This document shows, piece after piece, positions 8,887 to 15,891 of a DNA stretch of 32,000 nucleotides. The position numbers and the translations under genes were made by a program. This DNA comes from Candidatus Peribacter riflensis (GTDB lineage Bacteria > Patescibacteriota > Gracilibacteria > Peribacterales > Peribacteraceae). Under the pieces are notes generated by a model, which was not told the DNA's origin, made no database searches, and worked only from the letters and a program-made list of their open reading frames with translations. The stretch lies in contig CP013062.1 of NCBI GenBank assembly GCA_001430755.1, positions 960,001 to 992,000 of the forward strand. Reading direction: 5' to 3'. Positions within the stretch are counted from its first letter, which is position 1. Every line of letters starts with the position of its first letter.

Positions 8887-8888
8887 GA

Positions 8889-9206
8889 ATGTCGTCCCTC
8901 CTCCACCGCCTCTCAGCCATCCTCTTCTACCTCCTCGCCGGAAGTTTCTTTATAAGTTATCTGCTCCTCAGAAACGAAATCGGCCTCCCCTGGTCGGAGT
9001 GGTGGCTCAAGGTCGCCGATCTGCCGCTGGCGCTCGTCGCCGTCGTCTACGGAGGAACAAGCCTCTACCGCAGCGTGAAACACCGGGAAGGGGTGTCATG
9101 GCTGCTCCTCGTGCTGCTCGGCCTCCCACTGCTCGCGTTCTTCACCTTTCTCGTCGCCTTGAACTTCTGGAATATCCTGGGGTTGCCGCAGGGACCCGCA
9201 CTCTAA
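8889..9206 (+). CDS. Small integral membrane protein (3 predicted TM helices), function unknown
   Basis: 105 aa from ATG 8889. Hydrophobic segments LSAILFYLLAGSFFISYLLL, LPLALVAVVYGG and WLLLVLLGLPLLAFFTFLVALNFW. GC-rich third positions. Confidence 0.6.
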   Translation: MSSLLHRLSAILFYLLAGSFFISYLLLRNEIGLPWSEWWLKVADLPLALVAVVYGGTSLYRSVKHREGVSWLLLVLLGLPLLAFFTFLVALNFWNILGLPQGPAL

Positions 9207-9949
9207 ACCTCCACCTCCATAGTCTCCTCCTGCCGGTTCGCGACCCGCGCGGCAAGGAAGAGGCAGTCGCTCAGACGGTTTAAATACACCAGCACATTCG
9301 TATTGACCATTTGACCCTCCGAAACCGCATCCGGAATGGAGGACTGTGAAGAATCCGTGAATGAGCGCGCGAAGCGTTGGGTCTCGCGGGCCCCAACGCT
9401 GGAGCGCAACCGTTGAGGGAAAGGGGTGCCCATGAGGGGAAAACCGGCTTGTCGGCCGTAGCCTTGGCGAAGGCTGAAGGTTTGTCCCTCATGATTCATT
9501 CCCACCACCCATCGCTCGGCGCGTCGGCAGACGGCACGCGCCTGATGCAGGAGTGCCGCGATTTTCGATCCTCCGGGCAGGATGAAGCGCGAGAGTTTCG
9601 GGAGTGAACGCTCCATTGTCAGCCCCCACTCTTCCAGCTCCCGGATGAACAGAACAGAGAGTCGACTTGCCGGCTGTAGTCCACCAGAGGCGGCCGAAGG
9701 CTGGTGACCGCTCGAAACCGATGCGAGATCCGCCCCTGCACTGAAAAGTGCACGCTGCACTCGCTCCAGCGCCGTTCGAAGATCATCAGACAAGGCCGTC
9801 TCGGCCATAATCACACCCAGAATGGCATTGAGCTCATCCAGGCTCCCCACTGCATGAATACGTATGGCAGATTTAGATACGCGCTCGCCCTTGAGAAGAC
9901 CGGTCATTCCATCGTCGCCCGTGCCAGTGGAGATGCGCGGCCGCGCCAT
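9203..9949 (-). CDS. PduO/MMAB-type ATP:cob(I)alamin adenosyltransferase carrying a ~57-aa insertion
   Basis: Family motifs TGTGDDGMTGLL.GERVSKS..RIHAVGSLDELNA, FILPGGSKIAALLHQARAVCRRAER and YLNRLSDCLFLAAR. At 248 aa it is longer than the ~190 aa usual for the family. Confidence 0.85.
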   Translation of the reverse strand: MARPRISTGTGDDGMTGLLKGERVSKSAIRIHAVGSLDELNAILGVIMAETALSDDLRTALERVQRALFSAGADLASVSSGHQPSAASGGLQPASRLSVLFIRELEEWGLTMERSLPKLSRFILPGGSKIAALLHQARAVCRRAERWVVGMNHEGQTFSLRQGYGRQAGFPLMGTPFPQRLRSSVGARETQRFARSFTDSSQSSIPDAVSEGQMVNTNVLVYLNRLSDCLFLAARVANRQEETMEVEV

Positions 9950-9980
9950 AGGGGGAATTTCTATTTTACTCCTGATCTCT

Positions 9981-10040
9981 CCGAGTTCCCTAGTTCCCGA
10001 TTTCCCGCGTTCCCTACGCCCTACCCCCTACCCCTAACCC
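9981..10040. repeat. One-armed C3-tract tandem repeat (CCNNNTTC x4, then CCCTA-type units)
   Basis: Eight C3+ tracts on the + strand at 9988, 9996, 10004, 10012, 10019, 10024, 10031 and 10038. It spans the pheT stop codon (10014-10016). Positions 9981-9999 are the exact reverse complement of 24189-24207. Confidence 0.85.
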
Positions 10041-12374
10041 TATCTTCTCGTGCTCCTTCTTCACCTCCTCCTCCGTAAGCGTGCGGTCAGAAGCACGGTA
10101 CGTGCAGCGCACCGTCAGGTTGTACTGGCCTTTCGCCAGCTTGGCCCCCTCAAAGAGATCCACAACGGAAACATCGGCCAGCAGAGAGGAGCTCTTGCGC
10201 ACCTTTGCGAGGAAATCCGCACTCTTGTGCCCGGCATCCAGCGTGACCGTCAGGTCATACGCGATGGATGGATACTGCGCGATCGGCGAGAAGATCACGG
10301 GTTTCTCGGGCAGAGCGAGCAGACTGGTGAGATCGAGCAGCGCCACGGCCGCGCGTCCCGGCAGATCGAATGCCGAACAGACGGACGGATGTAATTCGCA
10401 GACGAGGCCCATCGCTTTGCCTTCAATGAGAAAGTCTGCGCTGCGCCCCGGGTGCCCGAAGGGAGGTGTTTTCTCAGACGCGCGTATCTCGATGGAAAGT
10501 CCGCTGCCCCCGATCTCGTCTGCAACGAGTTGTTTGAGCGTCAAAAACGGTGTCTCAGAAAGCGGCAGGTTCCGGCGCTCAGCCATAAAGATGCCGCACT
10601 CCAGCCATTCCCCTTCGCGTTCATTGAACACATGGGCGCACGTGAATGTGCGCACGGCGTCCCCCACGAGCAGAAGATTCTGTGCGGCATGCTCGAGTAA
10701 ACGCGGCAGGGTGGATGTCTGGAGCACGCTCAATTCCTCTCCGAGGGCATTGAGCACGGGAAGGGCATCGGAGGGCTCCATACCGGCCTTCTTGAGTAAG
10801 ACCGGGCCGACGAGCGAGAGCGAAACGACCTCCATGAACCCCTGCGACTGCAGGCTGTCACGAAGCTTTGAAACACGCGATTCGCGGGGAGGCGGCGTCA
10901 CAGTTGCTTCGGGATAGGCAGGAGCGATGTGCTCGTATCCGGAAATGCGGCCGATCTCTTCGGTGAGATCATGCGGACCCGTGAGGTCCTTGATCCGCCA
11001 GAGCGGCGGCGTGACCGACCCGCGCGTCACCGTGCACCCCAGATCGGTGAGGATCTTCTTCGCGGTCTTCTCTGCGATTGCCACGCCGAGCAGGTGCTCC
11101 GCATCTTTGTAGGAGAAATGAATGGGCTTCACCGCACCGTCCGTCCCCCATGATTGCAGCTTCGAGGTGATCTGCGCACCGGGAATAAGGGTGAGGAAGA
11201 GTTCCAGGGCCCGCATCAATCCCTCTTCGCAACGAACGGGCGGAACGCTTTTTTCGTAGATGGTCGCCGCATCCGTGCGATGCCCGGTGGCAATGACCGC
11301 ATTGCGGATGGCAACGGCATCGACAACGGGACTGTGCAGGTAAATCTCGCGCGTCTTTTCGGTGGTGGAGGTTCTCAGGCCTCCCATGATCCCCATGAGA
11401 TCGAAAATACCGGCATCATCACTCATCACCACAGCACCAGCGGGAAGGACGCGCTCGACGGAATCGAGCGTTTGGATCTTCTCCCCCTCTCTAGCCGCGC
11501 GGATGTGCACCGCACCTCTGAAATCCTTCAGATCGAAACTGTGGAGCGGCATGCCCAGTTCTGCAGTGACGTAATTAGTGATATCGATCGGCAGATTGAG
11601 CGGCCGGAAACCGGCAGAGAGAAGGCGTCGCTTCATCCATGCAGGAGTCTCGCCGAGGCCGGAAATGCGCAGCGTGCATCCGCAGTACCGCGGAACGAGT
11701 TTCTTCTGTTCCACAACACTCTCGAAGGGAAGCGCCCCTTTGGGGAACGCGAGTGCCTTTTTCTTCGCAGGCTTCTTCCACACCGCTAATCCCAATGCCA
11801 CGCATTCCCGTGCGAACCCGATTTGCGAGAACAGATCCGGACGATGTGTAATGGCATGGTTATCGACGTGCAGGATGGCATCGGTGAGACCGAGGTATTC
11901 CCGGAGTGATGTTCCCACACCGTCAGTGCCATCCCCCAGATCCACGATGGCGTGCCCCGTCGCCGTGGGGAACAGGTGCTCGAGCTGCAATTCCTCTGCA
12001 GCACAGATCATGCCTTCGCTCTCTTCCCCGCGGATCTTGGTCTTCTGGAGCGTCACCATCCCCTCACCATGCCACTTCACCTGTGCCCCCACGTGCGCGA
12101 ACGCCACGCGCATGCCCGTGCGCAAATTCGTCCCGCCGCAGACCACGCGCTTGGTACCCTGATCGGTTTGCACATCGCAGAGCGAGAGACGGTCGGCATT
12201 CGGGTGTTTTTTCAGAGAGAGGACTTTCCCCACACAACACCCCGTTAGCGGCGCTCCCTGCTCCTCGATCTCCTCCACTTCACCCGTCGCCACGGTCAGG
12301 CGATTGGCAATGACCCGTGGGTCTTTCTCTTTCCACGAAACGAACTCCGAGAGCCATTCGAGTGAAACTTTCAT
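10014..12374 (-). CDS. pheT: Phenylalanine--tRNA ligase beta subunit
   Basis: 786 aa from ATG 12374 (MKVSLEWLSEF...). N-terminal tRNA-binding OB domain (GKVLSLKKHPNADRLSLCDV), B3/4 and B5 regions and a C-terminal anticodon-binding-like domain. The length is typical. Confidence 0.9.
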   Translation of the reverse strand: MKVSLEWLSEFVSWKEKDPRVIANRLTVATGEVEEIEEQGAPLTGCCVGKVLSLKKHPNADRLSLCDVQTDQGTKRVVCGGTNLRTGMRVAFAHVGAQVKWHGEGMVTLQKTKIRGEESEGMICAAEELQLEHLFPTATGHAIVDLGDGTDGVGTSLREYLGLTDAILHVDNHAITHRPDLFSQIGFARECVALGLAVWKKPAKKKALAFPKGALPFESVVEQKKLVPRYCGCTLRISGLGETPAWMKRRLLSAGFRPLNLPIDITNYVTAELGMPLHSFDLKDFRGAVHIRAAREGEKIQTLDSVERVLPAGAVVMSDDAGIFDLMGIMGGLRTSTTEKTREIYLHSPVVDAVAIRNAVIATGHRTDAATIYEKSVPPVRCEEGLMRALELFLTLIPGAQITSKLQSWGTDGAVKPIHFSYKDAEHLLGVAIAEKTAKKILTDLGCTVTRGSVTPPLWRIKDLTGPHDLTEEIGRISGYEHIAPAYPEATVTPPPRESRVSKLRDSLQSQGFMEVVSLSLVGPVLLKKAGMEPSDALPVLNALGEELSVLQTSTLPRLLEHAAQNLLLVGDAVRTFTCAHVFNEREGEWLECGIFMAERRNLPLSETPFLTLKQLVADEIGGSGLSIEIRASEKTPPFGHPGRSADFLIEGKAMGLVCELHPSVCSAFDLPGRAAVALLDLTSLLALPEKPVIFSPIAQYPSIAYDLTVTLDAGHKSADFLAKVRKSSSLLADVSVVDLFEGAKLAKGQYNLTVRCTYRASDRTLTEEEVKKEHEKIGLGVGGRA

Positions 12375-12499
12375 GGCAGGAGCATAGCCTAACCCCTCAA
12401 GGGGCGGTAGGAATGTCACCGCAACAGCAAGGGATTCTGTGGGGGATTGTGCGAAGGGCGGGACGCGCCTAGCGTATTGGGGTCTTTTTCCCTCACTCT

Positions 12500-12733
12500 A
12501 TGAAGAATTCCTGCCCTTCCTGCTCCAGCTCCTGCGCTGCGGTGCAGTGGGTCATCTGCCTTCTTCTCTTCCTGGCGAGCATCGCCTCACTCGTCGGCGT
12601 GTACCGGGCGCATTTCGCCACGGGCGGGATGGTATTCGGGAGCACCAATAGCTCGCTCTCGATCCTGGCGTTCGTCGTCGCTCTCACCCTGTGGTCCAAG
12701 TGCATGTGCCGGTGTCTGTGCTCGAAGGAATAA
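12500..12733 (+). CDS. Small cysteine-rich membrane protein (2 TM), function unknown
   Basis: 77 aa. CPSCSSSC at the N-terminus and CMCRCLCSKE at the C-terminus flank two hydrophobic helices. Strongly GC-biased third positions like the neighbouring real genes. Confidence 0.5.
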   Translation: MKNSCPSCSSSCAAVQWVICLLLFLASIASLVGVYRAHFATGGMVFGSTNSSLSILAFVVALTLWSKCMCRCLCSKE

Positions 12734-12736
12734 TTA

Positions 12737-12835
12737 TTGTGTCACCCTGCCTGCCCGCCGAAGCTTCAGCGAAGGCGGGAGCGTAGTCGAAGGGCGACAC
12801 GCTCCGATTCATGGTTCGACTACGCTCACCATGAC
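12737..12835. repeat. GC-rich palindromic repeat element with interleaved stems, upstream of tRNA-Ser
   Basis: Four stems are visible. GTGTCACCC/GGGCGACAC. CCCGCC/GGCGGG (12754-12779). GCGTAGTCGAA/TTCGACTACGC. TCATGGT/ACCATGA. The 26-nt CCCGCC hairpin recurs at 26649-26674 with 23/26 identical. Confidence 0.7.
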
Positions 12836-12897
12836 AACGGTTTCCCAGTGAATTCTTCTTCCATCTGCCTATCCTCCGTTGCTACAGTGGCCACTGT

Positions 12898-12987
12898 GGA
12901 GAGGTCGCATAGTGGCCTAGTGCGCGCGCTTGGAAAGCGCGTAGACCTGAAAGGGTCTCGGGGGTTCGAATCCCCCCCTCTCCGCCA
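12898..12987 (+). tRNA. tRNA-Ser (anticodon GGA), CCA encoded
   Basis: Acceptor stem GGAGAGG/CCTCTCC. Anticodon stem CGCGC/GCGCG with loop TTGGAAA, giving anticodon GGA. Long variable arm GACC-TGAAA-GGTC. T arm GGGGG-TTCGAAT-CCCCC. Discriminator G followed by CCA. Confidence 0.92.
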
Positions 12988-13114
12988 GCCTTCGCTCTTC
13001 GCTTTGCTCAGAGCTTCGGCTGGCCTGCGGCCATCGGAATACAAATGCGAAGGCGGACAATCCTCTACACTAGAATTGTGTACTGCGTCCTCCGAAGCTC
13101 TGAAAGAGCGAAGG
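12984..13114. repeat. Split inverted repeat (11 + 12 bp) immediately 3' of the tRNA, plus a hairpin that includes the tRNA 3' end
   Basis: CCTTCGCTCTT (12989-12999) pairs with AAGAGCGAAGG (13104-13114). TCAGAGCTTCGG (13008-13019) pairs with CCGAAGCTCTGA (13092-13103). GCCAGCC (12984-12990) pairs with GGCTGGC (13018-13024). Confidence 0.65.
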
Positions 13115-13147
13115 GGGACACCCCTCCCTCTTCCCTCCCCCCATCCC

Positions 13148-13606
13148 ATGAAACGCCTCATATTCCTCGCCCTCACCCTCCTGCTCGCCGGCTGCGCTAC
13201 CACCCCTCCCGCAGATGATTCTGCAAACCCGCTTCTGGGAGGCGATCGCGACGAACACGGCTGCATCGGCTCCGCTGGTTACCAATGGTGCGCCCCCAAG
13301 CAAAAATGTCTGCGTGCGTGGGAGGAGGAGTGCTTCGCCTCCGCCTTCGAGGCACTGACCTGGGAACTGGCTGCACGGCATGGCGATGAGGAGCAGCAGA
13401 TTACACTGACGATGACACAGCAGACGGACACATTCGCCAGGGCCAGCGTGCGCTTCGGCCCTCCGGGGACTCCGGGCGGCCTTGTACTGGCGGCGAAGAC
13501 GAACGGCGCCTGGAGCATCCTCTACGAGGGCAATGGGTCGGTGGATTGTGATGCACTGAAGGCCGCTTCGTTCCCACAGGACATGTTGGATGGGATTTGC
13601 GACTGA
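13148..13606 (+). CDS. Lipoprotein (lipobox LLAGC), function unknown
   Basis: 152 aa. MKRLIFLALTLLLAGCATT is a classic signal peptide II/lipobox. The mature part is Cys-rich (HGCIGSAGYQWCAPKQKCLRAWEEEC). The 289-aa ORF from 12737 is an artefact running through the repeat and the tRNA. Confidence 0.75.
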   Translation: MKRLIFLALTLLLAGCATTPPADDSANPLLGGDRDEHGCIGSAGYQWCAPKQKCLRAWEEECFASAFEALTWELAARHGDEEQQITLTMTQQTDTFARASVRFGPPGTPGGLVLAAKTNGAWSILYEGNGSVDCDALKAASFPQDMLDGICD

Positions 13607-13625
13607 TCTCCGCTACACTCGTTGT

Positions 13626-14285
13626 ATGAAAAACCTCCTGACCCCCCGCATTGTCATTCTGGCTGGCATCGCTGTGGCCATCGTTCTGCTCGCCCTGTGG
13701 CTCAGAACAACCTCAGGGGAGGATACGTGGTTGTGTGTCGACGGGCAGTGGACCAAGCACGGCAATCCTTCCGCTCCCATGCCCGAAACCCCCTGCAAGC
13801 AGGCGGCAGTGCCCACTTTGGGACGGACCAGCCTTCCTGCAGCAGAGAAGGACCAGCCGATGAAATCCTACGTAGCGAATGATTTTTCCTTCTCACACCC
13901 GGATTGGCCGCTTATGGAAAAAGAAACGGTGTTGGAGCCGGAGAGGGCCAGAGTCGCCGTGCGAAACGCCGGCTGCGGATTGATCGTGACCGCGCGGGTG
14001 CTGCCGGCCGGCGAACAATTCCAGACTGCCCTCGAAGGGCTTTTGAGCGAGCAAGTCGCACAGGCCAACGTGCGGATTCTCCGCAAAGAGATCACCCAGA
14101 CGACCAGCCACATCGAGGGGGAATTCGCCGTGGGAGGCGGGCAGTTTGTGCATACGGATCAGTACGGATTCGTCACGAGCAAGAACCAGTTCTACTCCGT
14201 CGTCTTCGCAGCGGAGAAAACTGCCTTCGATACGGCCTGCAAGCCATTTGTCTCAGCCACAGTGAAGAGTGTGCAGGTGAAGTGA
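13626..14285 (+). CDS. Membrane-anchored hypothetical protein
   Basis: 219 aa from ATG 13626. N-terminal TM helix IVILAGIAVAIVLLALWL followed by a soluble domain. No motif I can name. Confidence 0.6.
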   Translation: MKNLLTPRIVILAGIAVAIVLLALWLRTTSGEDTWLCVDGQWTKHGNPSAPMPETPCKQAAVPTLGRTSLPAAEKDQPMKSYVANDFSFSHPDWPLMEKETVLEPERARVAVRNAGCGLIVTARVLPAGEQFQTALEGLLSEQVAQANVRILRKEITQTTSHIEGEFAVGGGQFVHTDQYGFVTSKNQFYSVVFAAEKTAFDTACKPFVSATVKSVQVK

Positions 14286-14301
14286 GGATTGCAGATGATG
14301 A

Positions 14302-15261
14302 TCAGACTTCGGGCAGCGTGTCGGTCCGTTCCGGCGGGTGGATGAATGTAAAACCCAAGGCTTTGTAGATATCTTCCTCTTCGCGTGAGGCAATCACCTT
14401 TTCACCGTGAAAAAGCCCGTACTCATTGAGCTTCCACCCGCGCTGAATCGCCTTTTTTCGGAGCATGATGTTGTGTCCTTTATCCCCCGTGAAGTACAGC
14501 AGGGCGGCTCCCCACTGATCGCGCCGGACGAAGCGGATATCGACTCGGATGCCGGCCTGAAGATCGAACGAGAGCTTCTTTTCACCGTGCGCCACAACAT
14601 CCCGGACCATCGGGAGCTCTGCGATGGCATCACTCACGGCCTTCGCTGACTGTGTGACGACCAGCACGTCAATATCGCCCACAGTCTCCTTCTCGCGACG
14701 AAAAGAACCGGCCACCTCGCACTGTTCGATGCCTTGTACACCCCGGATTTTCCTGAGGAGCGCGGCCACATCGTCTTTCACCTCCTCACGCGGAAAGCGG
14801 CGCATGCGTTCTGTCACACGCCTGGCGTTCTCGAGTACCTTCGCCTGCATGGTTGCGGAAAAACCGGGAAGACCCTTCAGCTTTCCCGTTTCGGCAGCCT
14901 TGATCAGATCGGCAACCGACTGGATGCCCAATGCCATCTGAAGTTGTCGGGCGCGCTTGGGTCCAAGCCCCTCCACTAAAATGAGCGCAGGAGGGATACC
15001 GCCCTGCGCACCGAGGAGCTTATCGAGCGCGGCGATGCGGCCGGTCTGCAGGTACTCCTGAATCTTCCTGGCGATGCTCTCGCCGATCCCGGGGAGTGCC
15101 TCCAGTTGCTCGATATCTTTGAACGCGGAGACATCGCGCTTCAGTTCTTCGAGGATTTTTGCCGCATGACGGTACGCCGCGGGCTTGAAGGCCACCCCCT
15201 GCTCCTCGAGCAGGGCGGCGATCTGATGCAGAAGCATGGCGATGCGCGCGTTGTTCTCCAC
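14302..15261 (-). CDS. Family X DNA polymerase (Pol beta-like core only, no PHP domain)
   Basis: Helix-hairpin-helix motifs LPGIGESIARKI and VEGLGPKRARQL. Catalytic acidic motifs GSFRREKETVGDIDVLV and GIRVDIRF. Thumb GWKLNEYGLF. GTG 15261 gives the N-terminus M-ENNARIAMLLHQIAALLE typical of PolX. ATG 15342 lies inside a 13-bp hairpin stem. Confidence 0.8.
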   Translation of the reverse strand: MENNARIAMLLHQIAALLEEQGVAFKPAAYRHAAKILEELKRDVSAFKDIEQLEALPGIGESIARKIQEYLQTGRIAALDKLLGAQGGIPPALILVEGLGPKRARQLQMALGIQSVADLIKAAETGKLKGLPGFSATMQAKVLENARRVTERMRRFPREEVKDDVAALLRKIRGVQGIEQCEVAGSFRREKETVGDIDVLVVTQSAKAVSDAIAELPMVRDVVAHGEKKLSFDLQAGIRVDIRFVRRDQWGAALLYFTGDKGHNIMLRKKAIQRGWKLNEYGLFHGEKVIASREEEDIYKALGFTFIHPPERTDTLPEV

Positions 15262-15317
15262 AAGACAACAGGATACCAATGTAGGAAGTGATCCGCCTCC
15301 CCGATTTTTTTGATTAT

Positions 15318-15347
15318 CCCGGGTGCATGCCTCTGCATGCACCCGGG
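15318..15347 (-). terminator. Perfect 13-bp hairpin downstream of the L28-like gene
   Basis: CCCGGGTGCATGC-CTCT-GCATGCACCCGGG. It is flanked by a T7 run on the + strand, which is an A run on the - strand, so orientation is ambiguous. Confidence 0.45.
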
Positions 15348-15401
15348 GAAATGGGTTTGGCTCAAGCCGAAGCTTAAGCCGAAATGGAACAGGTCTCGCG
15401 A

Positions 15402-15665
15402 TCAGGCGATCCGCACATTATAGCGGTCACGCAGCCGGTTGGCCCGGAGATTGAGAGCATCGACAGCTCCACATGCCTGCACGTAAGGTTGACCGCGACG
15501 CTTGGCTCGGTTGACCTTACGTTTGAGAACTCGCGCGCAGTTGGCCAGGTAGATAGTCACCCGCCTGCGCTCCGTGTGGACCCGACGGGTCCGCAGGCGT
15601 CTATGCAGACGCCGATCGTCCTTCAGTTCTGCCACGACTTCCGAATCATGAGTTCGGCATACCAT
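15402..15665 (-). CDS. Small highly basic protein, possibly ribosomal protein bL28
   Basis: 87 aa with GGAG 9 nt upstream of the ATG. Loose resemblance to L28: early Cys, the H-RRLRTRR block versus SH..TKRR, and NCARVLKRKVNR versus SARALKSGKVER of Bacillus L28. The match is weak. Confidence 0.4.
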   Translation of the reverse strand: MVCRTHDSEVVAELKDDRRLHRRLRTRRVHTERRRVTIYLANCARVLKRKVNRAKRRGQPYVQACGAVDALNLRANRLRDRYNVRIA

Positions 15666-15849
15666 AGCTCACACTCCATCGAAGACCTGAAGCCTTCCGG
15701 GAAACCTACTCATCCACACTCCGGCAGATAAGCACTCCCAGGGGGGAGCAAAGGGTCGCCCATTCCAATGGGCAAGGAAGGCAGATCACTTTCTGAATGC
15801 AAACAATGATGTGAAGGAGCGTGTGTGATCTCTGATCTGTTCAAAGAAT

Positions 15850-15878
15850 GGAGCTGCCGTCGCGCGGGCGGCAGCTCC
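15850..15878 (-). terminator. Hairpin terminator of the microprotein gene
   Basis: GGAGCTGCCG-N9-CGGCAGCTCC lies 13 nt after the stop codon. On the minus strand it is followed by ATTCTTTG. Confidence 0.5.
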
Positions 15879-15891
15879 GAAAGAGAGGCGG

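Noticed and set aside
9314-9487. A group I/II intron or intein in the adenosyltransferase gene.
   Set aside because: About 174 nt is too short for known self-splicing introns, and I see no intron core motifs. There are no intein splice-junction residues or endonuclease blocks. The frame stays open, so a tolerated insertion is the simpler reading. It is kept as a finding because splicing cannot be excluded by eye.
12375-12499. A T-box leader upstream of pheT.
   Set aside because: Only ~125 nt is available before a divergent gene. No specifier-loop/T-box (AGAGA..GGUGGNACCGCG-like) sequence is visible.
12737-13606. 289-aa ORF reading through the repeat element, the tRNA-Ser gene and the lipoprotein gene.
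   Set aside because: The first ~137 codons cover a palindromic repeat and a tRNA. Only the part from ATG 13148 (signal peptide with lipobox) looks like a real protein.
15262-15342. ATG 15342 as the PolX start.
   Set aside because: That ATG lies inside the 13-bp stem of the 15318-15347 hairpin, and the added residues are non-homologous. GTG 15261 gives the typical PolX N-terminus. This remains uncertain.
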